A stretch of 64,000 nt of DNA from Lytechinus pictus (taxonomy: Eukaryota), in the NCBI RefSeq assembly GCF_037042905.1, contig NC_087251.1:30382001-30446000 (forward strand). Direction: 5' to 3'. Made by a program: the position numbers and the translations under genes. The notes under the pieces are model-generated. The model ran no database searches. It had not been told where the DNA came from and worked only from the letters and a program-made list of their open reading frames with translations. This document shows positions 1-14,614 of this stretch, one piece after another. Positions within the stretch are counted from its first letter, which is position 1. Every line of letters begins with the position of its first letter.

Positions 1-3000
1 GTTGATCAGCACAATGACCATTTACACCATTCTTATTTATCCGAAGAGAATGATAATCGTTATAAGGTTTTGCTTATTTCTGTTAAGTGTTTATTAAGGG
101 TTGATGTACAATCAGGGTATGTTTTAAAGGGGGCATTATGTGCATCATAAAACATATATGTGAACTGTAATTTCAAATCTATGATGGCAATCTATTAGGC
201 ACTACTGAAACTTTGATCAAACTACAAGAGAAAAAATACTAAGATACACGTTTACTTCTCAAAATTTACCATATCTGGCATGTTAGGGCAAAAAAATAAA
301 TACTGCCCCATTTCGTGTTTTTCTTCTTTCAATGTCGAGCCCTCTCACCTTAAATATTAGCAATCTTTAGAAGTGTTTACCAATCAGTATTAATAATTTA
401 AACGCAGTTGTTTAAAAAAGTTGAAAACCCCCAAAGCTACAGATATGTGATTTTCGTGACTATCAACCCAAAGTATAGGGTGCCAGTTTTATCCAAAAGA
501 ATCCCCTCCAAATTTGGCGTTTTTATACATCGTTAAACATGACTTGAATAACGTCTTTGTCTTTGAGGAAAATGCAACAAACTTAAAATGTTTACTTCGC
601 ACGCATCCTCTTCTATTCAGACAGTCCACATTCCAAGGAATTGTCAAATCAATTTCTGTCCAAAAGTACCCTCTCCGAAAAGCAATCTGAAAAGAGACGG
701 ATGTATGCCCTTATTGTAAAATAACCCTAAATACTTTCCATGTAACATTGTTGAATGTATTTTGATCCATTTTGGTCATTTTAGCCTCGACCATGTACAC
801 TTGTGTCCACTACAGTGTGTATCCCCCAAAACGTTAAATTGTGGAAAACTATTTTTCTGAATAAGAGTGAGATTTTTTGGTATTGATAGATGCTCTAAAG
901 TCTTCGATTTCAGATGACTTTTCGTCCAGGAGGTAAAAAAAAACGGCTTGCGCCAAAATAATGGACATAATTTCAAGCAGTACTCACAATCGAACAATCG
1001 CTCATTGCATACATGTATGTGGTTATGTGTGATGTAATTGTGGATTCCATTGAAAAGGTTAGGTGTAATAACATCGTCACTGTTTTTTAAAGCAAGAGCT
1101 TGACCAAACTCCCTGCTTGAAGTACAAAAAATAAGTTGTTAGGCACATCGAAATATCAATGATTTAGCTGTTACAACCAAAGAATAGTTCTAAATTATAA
1201 TTCTTTTTCATGTGAATAATTGCTCGATAAGCAATATCTTTTAACAACGTGATTTTTAAAAACAATTTTGTCTACCTGTTTTCAGAGTCATAAGTAATGA
1301 AACTTTCTAAGTCAAAAGGCTGGTAATTGAGTTAAATCCCTATTCATTATTTGTATTTGTTTTCATGTATTGAAGATCCTAATGATAATTACACATTAGT
1401 TATGTTAGTAATCTTATAAACAGAATATTGCACTTTTGGTAATAAGTTTTATAATACTCATCGTTAACATAATCACACCCAAAAAAATGCGAGGAGCAAG
1501 TAATTTGGAGTATTCAATTGCTGCTTTTACTGTGAACATTTCCTTCATTTTTGGGCAAGTCATTTTTGGCACCATAAAGGTCAGTGTTCTGTCTCGCAAT
1601 GTTGTATCATCTGATAGAGGAGACTTAAGAGCATCTTGCAATATCAAAAAAATTGATCATTAAACGAGTGTTACACCTCCTCTTGGCTACTTGTATTTAT
1701 TCTCGTTTCATTCAAACCTTGCCCCCCCCCCTCCCTTCAGATTAGTTGCATTTTCATTCATCATTTCATCTCTTTAATTTTCAACTGTTCTCACCCGATT
1801 GATGTTGGGCTATAACTCAAGGTCAATCATATCCAACTTAACCCATGACTTTGTCATCTTTCTTCATCAAACAATTTCATTATCTCACCTTTTCTACATC
1901 CCTTCCTCACTTCTCTCTTTTTCTCTCTCATATTCCCACATCTCTTTCTCACACTCCCTCTCTCACATCTTCTCTCTCTCTTTTTTTTGGGGGGGTCCTT
2001 ATCTTTATCCCACCATCTCTCTATCCATTTGTCTTTCTTCTTCTACCTCTCATTCTATACCCCCCCCCCCCTCTCTCTCTGAGGAATAGTGATCTCCCCC
2101 TAGGGGACTTTCAAACTTGGTTTGGCGACCATTTGGTTACATTATATTTTGCAGAAGCAGTTGAGCGACCAATATTGAAAGCCCCCTTTATGTACATCTT
2201 CTTTACCCCATTTTCACACAGCTCTTGGGGGAAAAAGAGTGAACTTCATGAAGCATATGTTCCCATTTCAATAATCACCTCAGCAAAATAATTAAACTCC
2301 AATTGTCATCGGATGCAGAACTTTTTACGATAAGAATGAAAGAAATATCTCAAAACTAAACTTTATCCAATGTTTATGTAAAACCTTTGCCACTTTGAAG
2401 CGATATTTATTCTTGCTTTGTTAAATCCCTATATTTATGTACTATGTCTCTTAATTATTAATATTAACGAATACAAATGTAGAAAAATTTTGCAGCATAT
2501 TGTCAGAAAATATGCAAATTACTCTTCAAACAAATCTAGAATATCACAAAATTAATAAATAAAAAAATATTGTTATTTTGTGAAGTTCACTCTTGTAAAA
2601 TAAAATGTCCCCTTATTTCTAAATGTATTTATACTTTGAATGCTGCAAAGTGCATTGTTATTGAGGTATTTACTAATGACTCGATAATTTGCTCTTAATT
2701 TTCTTTTTTAGACAATGAAAAAAATTGAAATTGACCAATTTTTTTTTATTTGGGTGGATATTAAAATATTTCATCTCAAAATAACAATATAATGCAATAT
2801 TGGCTGCCATATTTTTTAAAAGGAAGTTTGCCATAAATTTCAATCCATTTTGCAACATATAACCAGAATCTGGTTGGGACGGGGGGGGGGGGGGGGGGGG
2901 GTCTGTGAAGCCTGCTGCACACTCAAAGATCCAGTACAATCTGATTTTCAAAGTAATTGTAATTCCAACCTATAAAATATAAATAGCCTATATTAAAGCT

Positions 3001-5429
3001 CTGGATAGTGATGACAAAAACAAATTCTAGTCTATTTTAAACCTCCCTACAGGAATAAAAGCAAATTCAACTCAAAATCACAACGTCATCGGCTGTGACT
3101 TGATGCCGATTGTAGCAAATCATTCTATTTTTAGCACTTCCTGCATTATACTCAACTAAAATTATTTTACTTGTTCACATTTACATGGAAAATGCAATTT
3201 GTTAAAAAATTGTGTTGTATCGGATTGTATAGAGTGCGGCGGGCTAAACTTCTGCTAGCCAAAATATGACGTTCTTTAAGTATAAGCTGAAATAATCAAG
3301 GTTTTTACATTTCAATAATTTCAACCTTGATAATTTCTGCATGCTCTCATGTGCCTGTACATTGCACAAAAAGGTAATTGAAATAATGAGGGTTGATGAT
3401 AGAAAATTAAAATTTATATATCACGGCATTAGTAAGTTTCATCTTGGCCTTGTACCTGAAAATAATTGTACAATAATGATGCATGCCAGCCTTCTAAATT
3501 TTGATTACCTTCTACAGTTTGTACAGTACCCATGACCAGTGGGGGATCCAGAATTTGAAAATGGAGGGGAGCAAAAAGAACATTTTGTAAGAGGGTGAAG
3601 ATGAAAACCTTTCCTAGAATCAATTATATACACGAAGGCCTATATGTTCAATAAGTGATTCTCAATTTATAAAAGGGGGGGGGGGGTGCTCCCGCCGGGA
3701 TCCCCACTGGTGAAAACGAGAGCAATAAATATCAGGAACGTCAATTTTGGCTTGCAAAAATAAAGGGGGGTGGGACAATGGATTAAATAGATGTACAGGG
3801 CAAGTTTCACAGCTAGTATACAGGAACATTATGCATACAAAAAGAAACAAGGCAAGGCTTTTTTTTCATTTTCAAAGATTTATTGGATATTTCATCAAAC
3901 AAATTAGTAATATTTTATACAAAAAAAAAATGACCAGCAGCCCAGAAGATTCATCCAAGTTGTATCACCATAGCAACTGACCCCTTGATTAAATGGAACA
4001 AACCCTAATCCTCACAAAATGACCTCTAGTTGGATCTGAGCTGGGTCTTCTTGCCAAAATCACTCAATGTGACATCATTACCAAAAGTTCCATGATTTAG
4101 TGTACAGAGTGGGACACCTGACACTGTCACACATGATGTACTGCATCTTTAATGTAGGTGCTTTATTTTCAAGTTCAATGTTACATTGTGTAGCAATAAG
4201 TATGCAAGACTTGGTTTGTTATTGAGGAGCCCCACCCTCTTCTCTTCCCCCATTCCCTCCCCTTCTCTTCCCCCATCCACCCCCTTATCTTCCCCCATTC
4301 CCTCGCCATTCTCTTTTCCAATGAATCAGTCTGTTAATCTCCTTTGTAGTCTTTCTTTTAATCCTTGAACAAAGCCACCACCTTATTTCCTTTAATCTGC
4401 TCCCTTCCTCACTACCATCTTCCCCTCCCCTCTATTCCCACTTTTCTCCTCCTTTTTACAAGTTTAGCAGTTAATCCAGGTAATTGTGTTCTCTCTCCAT
4501 ACCTCCCTGTACTATCCATCCAAGTGTTCATTATTATTGTTTTCAGTGATTTTCACAGACAAAACTCTTGCATATGATTAGCTTAGAGCAAATTAGTCTG
4601 TGATAATCACTGAAAAAAATAACTCTTCATGAAATGCTCCCTATATCTTCCATCATTTCACATCATTTCAACATTTATTATCCATGACTGATATTACAAT
4701 TTTCCAAAATAATTATTACTCTTTAAAACTTAATAAAATTTAAAAATTAGTATAATTACTACTCATTGTCACATTATTTCAATTTTTTATTTAATAAATA
4801 TATTTGATTCATTATTTTTGTAATTTCAATAAATTTTATTTTTTCATTTGTTTTTATTTATTTTTTTTGAAATTATTTTTTAAATTGTATTTTATATACA
4901 CTTTTTTTTTTTAGGGGGGGGGGGCATTTTTTTTCAAATGAGCAAATGAAAAATATTTCAATTTTGGGAATGAATATATCCTTTTCTGTACATAATTCAA
5001 TTGTCAACCGAATTGTTCAAATATTTAGAAAGATGCAAACAGGAGAATACTTTGTTTTGGGTTTTGTTTTCTTTGTTTCCCTGTCAAGGTCACTCATTCA
5101 CTGTTTGTGTTTTATACTACAGTTTCACCAGTTTTGAAAGTGGGGGGCTGACCATGCAAAATCACAATCTGATGGTCGTTTTTTCAATTTTTTACAAATT
5201 TTTTTAAAAGGCCCCCCACCCCCAGTTGAGGCCCCTGTATTGTATCCATCACTCCACCACACAACTCTGAGAGATAAGGCGAAAAGAGATGGCGTTGGCA
5301 AGATATGCGAATCTAGATCTAATAGGTTGGACCCTCAACATAGGTTCATCATGAGGAAGTGCACTTTATATCCCACAATGGTTTATAATACTCAATCAAT
5401 CATTACAATACAATGCTTGTATTCTAGTC

Positions 5430-5765
5430 ATGATGAAGCGCAATGTCAAATTTCACAGACGGCAACCAATAAAATTTATACAACTCATTCAAAACTGGAA
5501 ACAGGAATCTATTTCTTCAGCAAAAAAATCATTAAGAGGCAAATTTCTTGAGACAGCACACTATAAAATTCATCAAACTGCATCCAGATGGCAAGTGGAA
5601 ACCTTTTTTTAGACAAATGTTCGACAGTTGGAAAAAATTAATACAACAAGCATCGTCAAATTTCACAGGCAATACCAAATAAAACTTATAAGCCTCGATC
5701 CAGACTGAATGTAGAAAACCACTCCTTTAGCCAAAGGGTCATTGAAAGTTGGAACAATCTACCAA
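5430..5765 (+). mobile_element. Degenerate CR1-type LINE ORF2 C-terminal remnant
   Basis: KTYKPRSRLNVENHSFSQRVIESWNNLP matches the CR1 ORF2 end motif (FSxRVxxxWNxLP). Confidence 0.65.
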
Positions 5766-8700
5766 TTAATTGGAAGACAACTGGATCAACTAGATGCTTT
5801 CCCAATATAGCAAACCTTCCTTACATTAATCCAGCCAAGTGAACAAATCCAATTCTGATCCCAAGGATATGACTGTAAGTGTTCCCTGAGGAGAAAAGAA
5901 AACTGACAATGCAAGGACTGATGGAACATAGACAATGGAGAGTTCCGAAGGTTGACAATCTGGTGGATCAATGCCCCACTCACAGACCAGAAGGTGGATG
6001 AGGAGCTTAGCACTGTATGTCAAGCCGCAGGACCTGGTTGAGAAACTTCATCTTCTCTGATCAGAGGGACCATGAACAAAAGGAAGGAACCAATTCTGAT
6101 ATGGTCTACAGATATGATTTGCATGTCATTACAATGACAGTGAAAGACTACAAGATCCCATTAAAGATCAAGGGATGCAGATGTTGTCATTCTGGATCAC
6201 TTGCAGGGGAGGTCAATGAGCAATCAATCACCACGTAGTTTGAGCATCAGCAATACTTGGAAGATAGAAGCAACCTGAATAACTGAATGGAAGCCATAGG
6301 TTCCCTTACCGATCTAACTGACAAGGGTAAGCAGGAGTACCTTGAGCACATCAAACCAATGATTCCCCTCTCCAATATTTCTGAATGCATGAACTAGCAG
6401 AACTTTCCTCTACACAGGAATCTATACAAAATCCTTTCCAAGGAAAAAGCGTTGCTCCTAGACACAGAAAAGGAGTGTTCACCAAAAATTCCCCTTACTC
6501 GAATTCACACAAATTTATATAGTATGCGACTTGCATGATGTATTCAAGAGCACTGGACCTCATGCATAAGCTGAAAAGAACACCATTCCTCTTGGTCAGA
6601 CACCCGGGGGAAAGTGATATTCACCACATCATGTGCTACCCAAGCGTGTCCACACACTTATGAAAAGAGACCCTAACAGCGTTAACATTTGCTATGTGAT
6701 TCCTCAACTCAAAGTAAAAATTTTACTGCTAATGGCATATTTCTTGCAATACCATTTGGTCACATTTGTACCCCTTATGGCGTATTTCATGCAATCCCTC
6801 TGTGAAAATGGACCAACACCAAGATTTATTTTTGAATACCCTAATATTAAATGAAGATTAAAAAAAAAAAATTTGAAGGAAAACATTAAAGATGCTTCCA
6901 GAATGAAAAGTTTTGAAAACAGACACTTTTCAATGCTTTTTTTTTTGTGTGTGTAGACGCGCCTGAGTAGCATGCAATGTAGTGTGCTCTGCTAGCTTTC
7001 CAAATGTCACATGCAATTGAAACAAAATTCTGAAAGTCAGCAGCCCTCTCTTCAACCAAAGGTAAAAAATTCCTCTCTTTTTTTCCTTTGTGAAAACACA
7101 AATAGTATCCTCACTGAGCCAATACGGGGTGCAAACTGCTTCTCGATCGATCTTGATCAGTGCCGAGCCCCGAAACCGTCTTGGCTAAACTGCTCCATCG
7201 ATGAAATTTGACGAACATGTCATTGACAAATTTTGATAAGAGTAGACTAGAAACATTACAAAGGCAAGGATCCTGCATAATGGCTTGAAGAGTAAACAAC
7301 AACTGCAGGCACGATGGAAATCAAAATTTGACATTGCACTTCTAAAACTAGATTCTAGACTAATAGGTATTGCTCTGATTGAAGGAGCATTGTATTTTAC
7401 ACATTGTGGAAAAACCATTAAAGTACACTATGCTCATATGAATGGGTTGAAACTTTATATATGAAATTGAGTAAATACAATTTTTTGGCAGACGAACCGA
7501 TATTGACAAGTTACCTTCATCACGGTACCTTTCCAACGGAGCCATTGAACCTCTACTCATTCTGTGATTTCATGATGGATACGTGTATTCTCACAAACGT
7601 GAGGCTTTTGGTGAAAGGACCCAGATAAAATTTTAAATAAATTAGCCTGTCCAAAAAATTAACATGTACAGAAAAGGGAATATCTTTATCACAAAATTAT
7701 TCATACTGCTCCTTTACGGCTATACAATTAATATAAGATCAAAGTTTGTATTAAACTTCCTTGTTTAAAAATCTGTCTTCTTAGCACATTATTATATCAG
7801 TCATGGCAAATATCATGTTGCAATTGTGTGAAACAAATCATCTAGAGCAACAGCTTGAACAGATAGTACAGGGATGTATATAAAGAAAGAAAACAATCAA
7901 TGGATCAACAGATAATGCAAGTATTGTCACTGTAAAAGGAGAGGGAAAAGTGAAACATGAGGGGAGGAGGGTGTAGTAATGAGGAAGAAAGAGGATTGAA
8001 GAATAAGAAAGGGAATGGCTAGTACAAGGAAGAATAGAGAGACTACGGTAAAGATCAACAGATTGAGACACACAGCCAAAAAAAGGTAAGAGTCGTTTTT
8101 TGGTTAAAGAGCAAAAGCAATGGAGATTTTGTCCCATCACATTTTCCAAACTTGCCCTCAGGAATGTCGTTTTGATAGATTGAAATAAAATGTTTGAAGT
8201 TCAGAAAATGCAATTGTGTCTTAAATTGAATTAAACAGCCCAATATTAAGCGTGATACCACCACCAATTTTTTTGCATTAAGAAATTAACCCTCAAGTAA
8301 TAATTGCTGGAAAACCTTTGCATTGTCTTGCATACTCTAGGCTACACAAAATATCATTGAAAACAGAAATAAAGCACTTACATTATGGAAGCTGTATACC
8401 ATGCCCAACTGAGTCAAGTGCCCCATTCTGCACACTGAAAAATAGATCTCTTGGTAATGATGTCACTAATTGAGTGATTCTGGCAGGAAGACTCCAGCTC
8501 AAGTCAGACAGGAAGCCATGTTTGTGAGTTCTAGGGCCTATTCCATCAATCAAAGAGGTCAACTGCTATGGCCTTCCAACTTGGATAAATCTTCTGGGCT
8601 GCTGGTCTTACATTGTTTTCAAGAAAGAATAACATCATGAATACAAAGCAAGTATATAGTACAGACATACAAACACTCTCGGGCAGGTCCAAGCTATTTG

Positions 8701-9722
8701 AGAATATATGTGAAACAAACCAAAGGGGTGTTTCCCAAAGATTTATGTGTGACTAAAAATAATTTGATGAATTCCAAAAAGGTTTAAAAAATAGCAGACC
8801 ACCATACAGGTTGGGCCACAGTCATGGGAAATGCTCCACTGCACAATAATCAATGAAACTTCACATTAACTATCATGTATATGTAAAGACTTAAGCAAGA
8901 CAGTTCATAGTCAGATTAAATTGTTTGTGAAACACTACCCCTGAATTGCTTTGCGACAATCATAAACTTTTCATGGATTCAAATTGATCCAATAATTTAA
9001 AATCAATTTTCCCACACTAGATACTGTGTTTTTACTGAATTAAAAAAATAACCCACATGACTGGCACAAGATGTATTGCTAATGGGTCTATGGAAAATTT
9101 GAAAAAAAGAAAATGCAAGAAAAAAATCAATTCCTCCAGGAACATTTCTGAAATATTGTCATGTATTACATCAATGCATCATTACACCTGTAAAATCTTT
9201 GTCAGGCACTGTACAAGCATTGACTGTATGATTCTGATAGCAATAAAATGAACAAAGACAGGCAGTACATTTATTTGACTCATATCGTTGGCATTCATCC
9301 AAAAAAAATGAAACATTCATCTTGTATAATTTTTTTTCTTTTTTTCATTCAAACAGTTTTGTTAACTGGGCTTACTGAAAGTACAGGATCTATTCCCTAT
9401 GGCATTTTAGTAGAGGAAATTTCTAGATAGCTCAAAACAAAATTACAAGGATTTAGCTCTCCTGTGATATTTTTTTCCTTCCAATTCTTGATTTTGAGTA
9501 AAGACAAAGACGCATTTAGGAACATATCTTGGAATTTCTTTCATGTTCTTTTAAACTAAAGAAATATGGTAAACTTTGGACTGAATTTTCTTGAAATAAA
9601 TTTCACACTGTCGCATCAGTGATATGATGTTTCGGAAGACTGCCAACCATATGAAGCAATATGACTACAGATATAAAAAAAAAGAAATTGAATAAACATT
9701 AAATGGAATGATGAAGTCTTAA

Positions 9723-10599
9723 CCTTAGAATGCCCGGGGAAGGGGTTGGATTCCCCCATGTGCATTATGTTTGCGATGGGACTTCCGTGACAAAATTGGC
9801 AACATCCCCGCACAGGGTTCTGAAAAGCACAATTTTTTTGTTAGTGCATACCACATCTCAAATTGTTCAAAAATATTATTTCAATGTACAAATCTAATGA
9901 AACTTCTGTTACTAGCCAAAATTTCTTTTTTACTGATTGAAATACATTAATATCTTCAGAAATGTAATTTTTCCATGAATTACTTTTTGTAACCCAAGAA
10001 GATCTGCACTGAGGGGTTTCTTTTCACCTTGCATGTAGAGGCCCCCTAACGATCTTAGCCGCGGATCGCAACTCAAGATGGTTGGGAATGACATAATCTA
10101 GAGGCTGTTGCATAGGTAAATTTCACTAGATTCATAAATTCTATCAACTAATTATTGATGATTCATTCATGAAATCACACTTTTTGCTCTAATACGCTAC
10201 TAACAATTCATAGAATTCTAATTTTTTGTGTAATTATTCTTTATAGCATTGTTCCAAAATCCATTTCTTATGTATTTGATTGTTTATTGACCAATCGACA
10301 TTATTTCAGCCATAAATAGCATCAAATAAAAAATAATAATTACACATTTAGGAATATTAAGCTAAAAACACTATTTGTATTGCCTTTGAACATGAAATCA
10401 CATTTTGAGCCACTTGGGGTCTAACATGCACATACAGTACACAATGTTGCGTAATTTAGGTCTCAAAAGATGCGTGAGACTTGAAGGTACAAGTCAACAA
10501 GCAGCGCGTTAAATTAAAAAAAATTGGGTGGTGGATCTATTGCGAAAAATGTTGATGGGGCCATTATGCCCCCTCCCCCACCTCCCGGGAGTATTAAGG
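9723..10599. mobile_element. piggyBac-like MITE
   Basis: TTAA|CCTTAGAATGCCCGGGA...TCCCGGGAGTATTAAGG|TTAA. Confidence 0.75.
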
Positions 10600-11155
10600 T
10601 TAATACTTATACTAAACCTGATATTCTGCCCATAACATGCCGTGTCCTACAACAAAGTATACTTGGACTTTTTTTAAACATTTTAATTCATTTTACCAAA
10701 TGCATGGTATTTTCATTTCTGTTTTTGCAATTGAAATAGATATTGAAATTGAAAATGTTCATATTATAAAACATTCTTTGTGCATAATTGATGAAATAAG
10801 ACAAAAAATATTAATAATATTCAAGAATAATAAATAAATGTAGGCAATATGGGCAAAATTCAGGGGGTTGTTTGTTTTAAACTATCCTACGACAAGTAAA
10901 TACAGGGTAAAAAACCAGAGATAAAACACAATAGGCGAAAACTCTGGAAAACCTTCGGATCCACTTTTGCAGAAGAGTAAAAAACAAAACAAAACACAAT
11001 TACAAAACTTAAAGTTGAAAAGTAAGTCAATTCCACATAAAGCCGAGGGATTATCACCACATCTTCTTCATTTTCATGATGCCTGAGCCTCACATTACTT
11101 GCATTTCAAACCTAATGTACAAATCATTGTTTTTACTTCTAGTAAGCATGCCTTA

Positions 11156-11559
11156 GAGGTCACTGCATACCATACAACGGGTCTAAAACCCAATTTTACA
11201 ACAAATCGCATATTCCTTTATATTCTGAAAAAATGAATGAACCAAATAATTTCATTTGAGGTTCAAATTAACTTTTAGAAAACCAATACCAAAATTTTGG
11301 ATAATCACAAGCCTTTTTTACAAGCCTGATTTTTCAAATCATAGCCTATCTTATGATTGTTGTAACATCATTGCATTTAGATATTGAATTTGCATTTATT
11401 CTCATAAGAAGGGTACTATTGCCATGGATTTGAAAAAAAAGGTGTGCATATGATGATTTAGAACTTTGCAAGAGTAGGATATCTTGACATACGGCACAAA
11501 TGTTACGTTTTATTCCAAAATTGGGTTGCAGACCAATTGTAAAGTGTGCAGTGGCCTTT
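11156..11559. mobile_element. MITE (Harbinger-like ends)
   Basis: AGGTCACTGCATAC...ACCCAATTT / AAATTGGGT...GTGTGCAGTGGCCT inverted ends. Confidence 0.65.
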
Positions 11560-11703
11560 AGAGACTGATAATTCACATACTTTGAACTGTCAACAGAGAT
11601 AAAATAGCTTGGACCTGCTCCTTGGAGCTACACAAAAGTCATATTTTACATTAAAAAAAACCAGGTTCATGAGAAGTAGATGCATATGCAAGTATTACAT
11701 TAA

Positions 11704-12127
11704 TGTGACCTGCCACCCCAAAACCACCAATTAGTCGCCTAAAATTAATTTAAAGATTTGTATCGAGTTTGAAAATGTACATCTTGTGCTTTAAAATGAT
11801 ACATCACTTGCCAAAATTAATCAATAATAACCAATTCAAGTACAGGATTGAATGTAGAAGAAATTCAGTGAGAGTGTCAAGGAAATAGGAGAAAAGAAGG
11901 TTCAAAATTTACGGTTCACTCAAGCATGAGATGTGCACATTGTGATATTTCTGTGAAACATCTTCCGTGTTTATAACTTTACAAATTTTTGACAGTATTG
12001 AAGTAAAATTTCTCTTTCAAATGGGCTATTTTTTTTTTTTTCTTTTTGAAGGCCAAATGGCAATTTTGCCTATTTACAGAGAACTTTCCTCTAGGTGACT
12101 TATTGTTGGTTTTGGGGTGGCAGGCCA
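11704..12127. mobile_element. MITE with ~35-bp TIRs
   Basis: TGACCTGCCACCCCAAAACCACCAATTAGTCGCCTA / TAGGTGACTTATTGTTGGTTTTGGGGTGGCAGGCCA. Confidence 0.8.
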
Positions 12128-14053
12128 TGTTCATTGTACATTGAAATTATTGAATCATATAATAATCATGAAACAAAATAGTAAGATTAAATGAAAACTT
12201 ACCTGTTTGAAGTCAAAGCCCGTCTAAAGCTTTGGTAAATGGTCTGTAATGTGAACTATACTCACTCATCATCAAACATTACAAGATTGAAAGAGTCATC
12301 AAATACATTTTTTTCCAAATAGAATTTAAATGGCATTTTTCCAACTGTTAGGATTTTAATCTAAATCTAGCACCCTCTCTCTATATTGTTTTTAGTTTTG
12401 TTTAAATTAGCCATTTGAGCACTTATAATTGGATATTAGAAAGCTACTGATAAATTATATCCTGAAATTTTCAGCCAATTGCATGCTTTGGGAAGAAAAT
12501 ATAGATATTTTATTTTGATTTGGCACCCGATCAAATTAAATGTATCCAATATTACAAATTTGGGTAATATCCTTCATACCACAACCATTTTGGGGCACGT
12601 GCATTAATATGATCTAGTAATGAAAAGGAAGTGACGTGCACTTTTAGGGGATTAACTAAAGATATGCTTTAAATCATTCTTTTATAAGTATTGGTGCTAT
12701 AAGAGGAGCTATTATCTAAAAATGAGAGCCATCTAGTAGGCACGCGTGATCCGGTCTTCAATCTTAGAGGCATAATTCATATTGTGAAATCATTAACTAC
12801 AAAAAGGAAAATTACTGAGAAGTGAGAACTAAACCAGGGCGGGAGGGAGGAGACACAATATGAATATCTCCCTTTACATCACTTATAAAGTAATGACAAT
12901 TTAACTTCAAACAGATGAGTTCTCATTTAATCTTACTACTCTATGAAGTAATGACGTTGAGAAAATACATCACGATGAGAGGTTTGAAGCCAGGTGTCAT
13001 GAATATGCTCGAAGTGTGTAGAACAGTGTTGTTTCCAGCTGATCATCTGCTTCGTCCTCAGTGTCCAAGATAAGAGCTGTTGTTCTGTCACTTAGTCCTT
13101 TCCTTTCCCATGCTGCATTGGGTTTAAGCCTGCAACATAAAAGATCACGGCAATGATTAGTGGACGAGGCTCATGTGTGACTGGGTTAACAAAAAGTGAG
13201 CACAATTTACATTTCCCAAGTGTCATGTTGATCAGGACCTGGCTGAGAGGGCCAGTCAGGGACAACCATAAGTCCCAGAGCTTTGACTTTGTCCTTTCGT
13301 ATTTTCTGCATACATTTTGTAACTGGGCAAAAAGGCGGGGAAAAGCATGGAAATAAAATCAGACCCAATTCACAGAGAAGGCATCTCCGGCCTCGACCTC
13401 ATGTCTGCTGACCATGACATATAGCCATCAAGGTGTTTGTTAAGTCTTGATTTTGAGTAAAGACAAAGACGCATTTAGGAACATATCTTGGAATTTCTTT
13501 CATGTTCTTTTAAACTAAAGAAATATGGTAAACTTTATCACTGAGTTTCTAGGAAAAGAAAAATAATGCTTAATTCTGCTTTCACATTCAGTTTCCCAAG
13601 AAAAGGGATCCAAATACACAATACTGTAGTCCTGTATTTCTTGAGCAGCTCTATTGCAGTAACTGGATTTGGTAACCCCTCCCCCACATTGAGATAGGCA
13701 ACTGCTGTGGTGTTATCTAGGTGAAGATATGAGTATCATGCAAGTGAGTACAGAGGACTTTCAGGCCTTACCCAGCTGCTAGTGTCTCAGGATAGTTTAT
13801 ACCAGTACACTAGAATTTGCATTTTGAAATTTCTCATTCACTCAATCTATGCAACGATAAAGGTCAGTTCCCCACTCCACTTGCAACAGAGTATGAGCAA
13901 TGAACTTTCCCTTCCAACTTGGGCACACACTGACTCAATGTTGGAGAGCCACCATTTAAGTTCCTCTTTAGCCTCATGAGATAGGATAATCCTTCTTTCA
14001 ATGTTCCTTTTTGCTCCTAAAGTGCCCTAATCTTATCACTTTCCAGGGTTCTA

Positions 14054-14441
14054 CAGAGTGAGTCAGAAAAAATGTTACACTTTCTTACATGCTCATATTA
14101 GACATACAGTAGAATAAATCATAATTCTTGTACCAATGTCAGATAGAGTATCTCTTCCAGTCTTATTTGATACCACATTGCTCATTGCTCATTGTTTGTG
14201 TGAATGCTTTTGTCTCTGTTTCAGCAGGTAATCACCTGACTTGGCGCAAATGGGTTTTGACACTTTTTCAAACAATGGCTGTTGTGCACTGAACCATAAC
14301 AACAACACTGAAACAAATTTTACCAAGTGACAAAGGAATATTTACTCTATCCATACATGCTAGAAATCCTTTCTGAATCCCACATTTTCTTTAAAAAATG
14401 CTTAATTTAAAAAGTGTAATATTTTTTCTGACTCGCACTTT
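14054..14441. mobile_element. Tc1/mariner-like MITE
   Basis: GTGAGTCAGAAAAAATGTTACACTTT / AAAGTGTAATATTTTTTCTGACTCGC inverted ends with TA flanks. Confidence 0.75.
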
Positions 14442-14614
14442 ATAGTGGAGGGGTCCATACTGAGTAGCAGGAAATGTAGCTTTACAAAATCACTATTATT
14501 CTGGCAACCCTTCTAATGGTAGGCTTAGTGGAACTGAGAATCAGTCCAATCATGCTTGAAAGACATATGGGGATAAATTACCATAATATAACATTCATCC
14601 ATTTTTGCAATATA

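Noticed and set aside
1799..2291. 96-aa and 148-aa ORFs
   Set aside because: Pyrimidine-rich low-complexity sequence.
2881..2901. Long poly-G/poly-C tracts throughout the window
   Set aside because: They are ubiquitous here with no specific arrangement, and their lengths are unreliable in assemblies.
5786..6660. Coding-like unique sequence with several splice-like sites
   Set aside because: No sustained ORF or recognisable motif; it may be the 3' part of the putative minus-strand transcript but cannot be resolved.
7250..7460. FDIALLKLD peptide resembling the trypsin DIALL motif
   Set aside because: No convincing TAAHC or GDSGG motifs or exon structure nearby; likely chance or unrecognisably decayed.
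10605..10680. TCRVLQQSILG (RT-like GVPQGSILG motif), and LPFLD at about 21050
   Set aside because: Too short and degenerate to call; at most tiny retroelement scraps.
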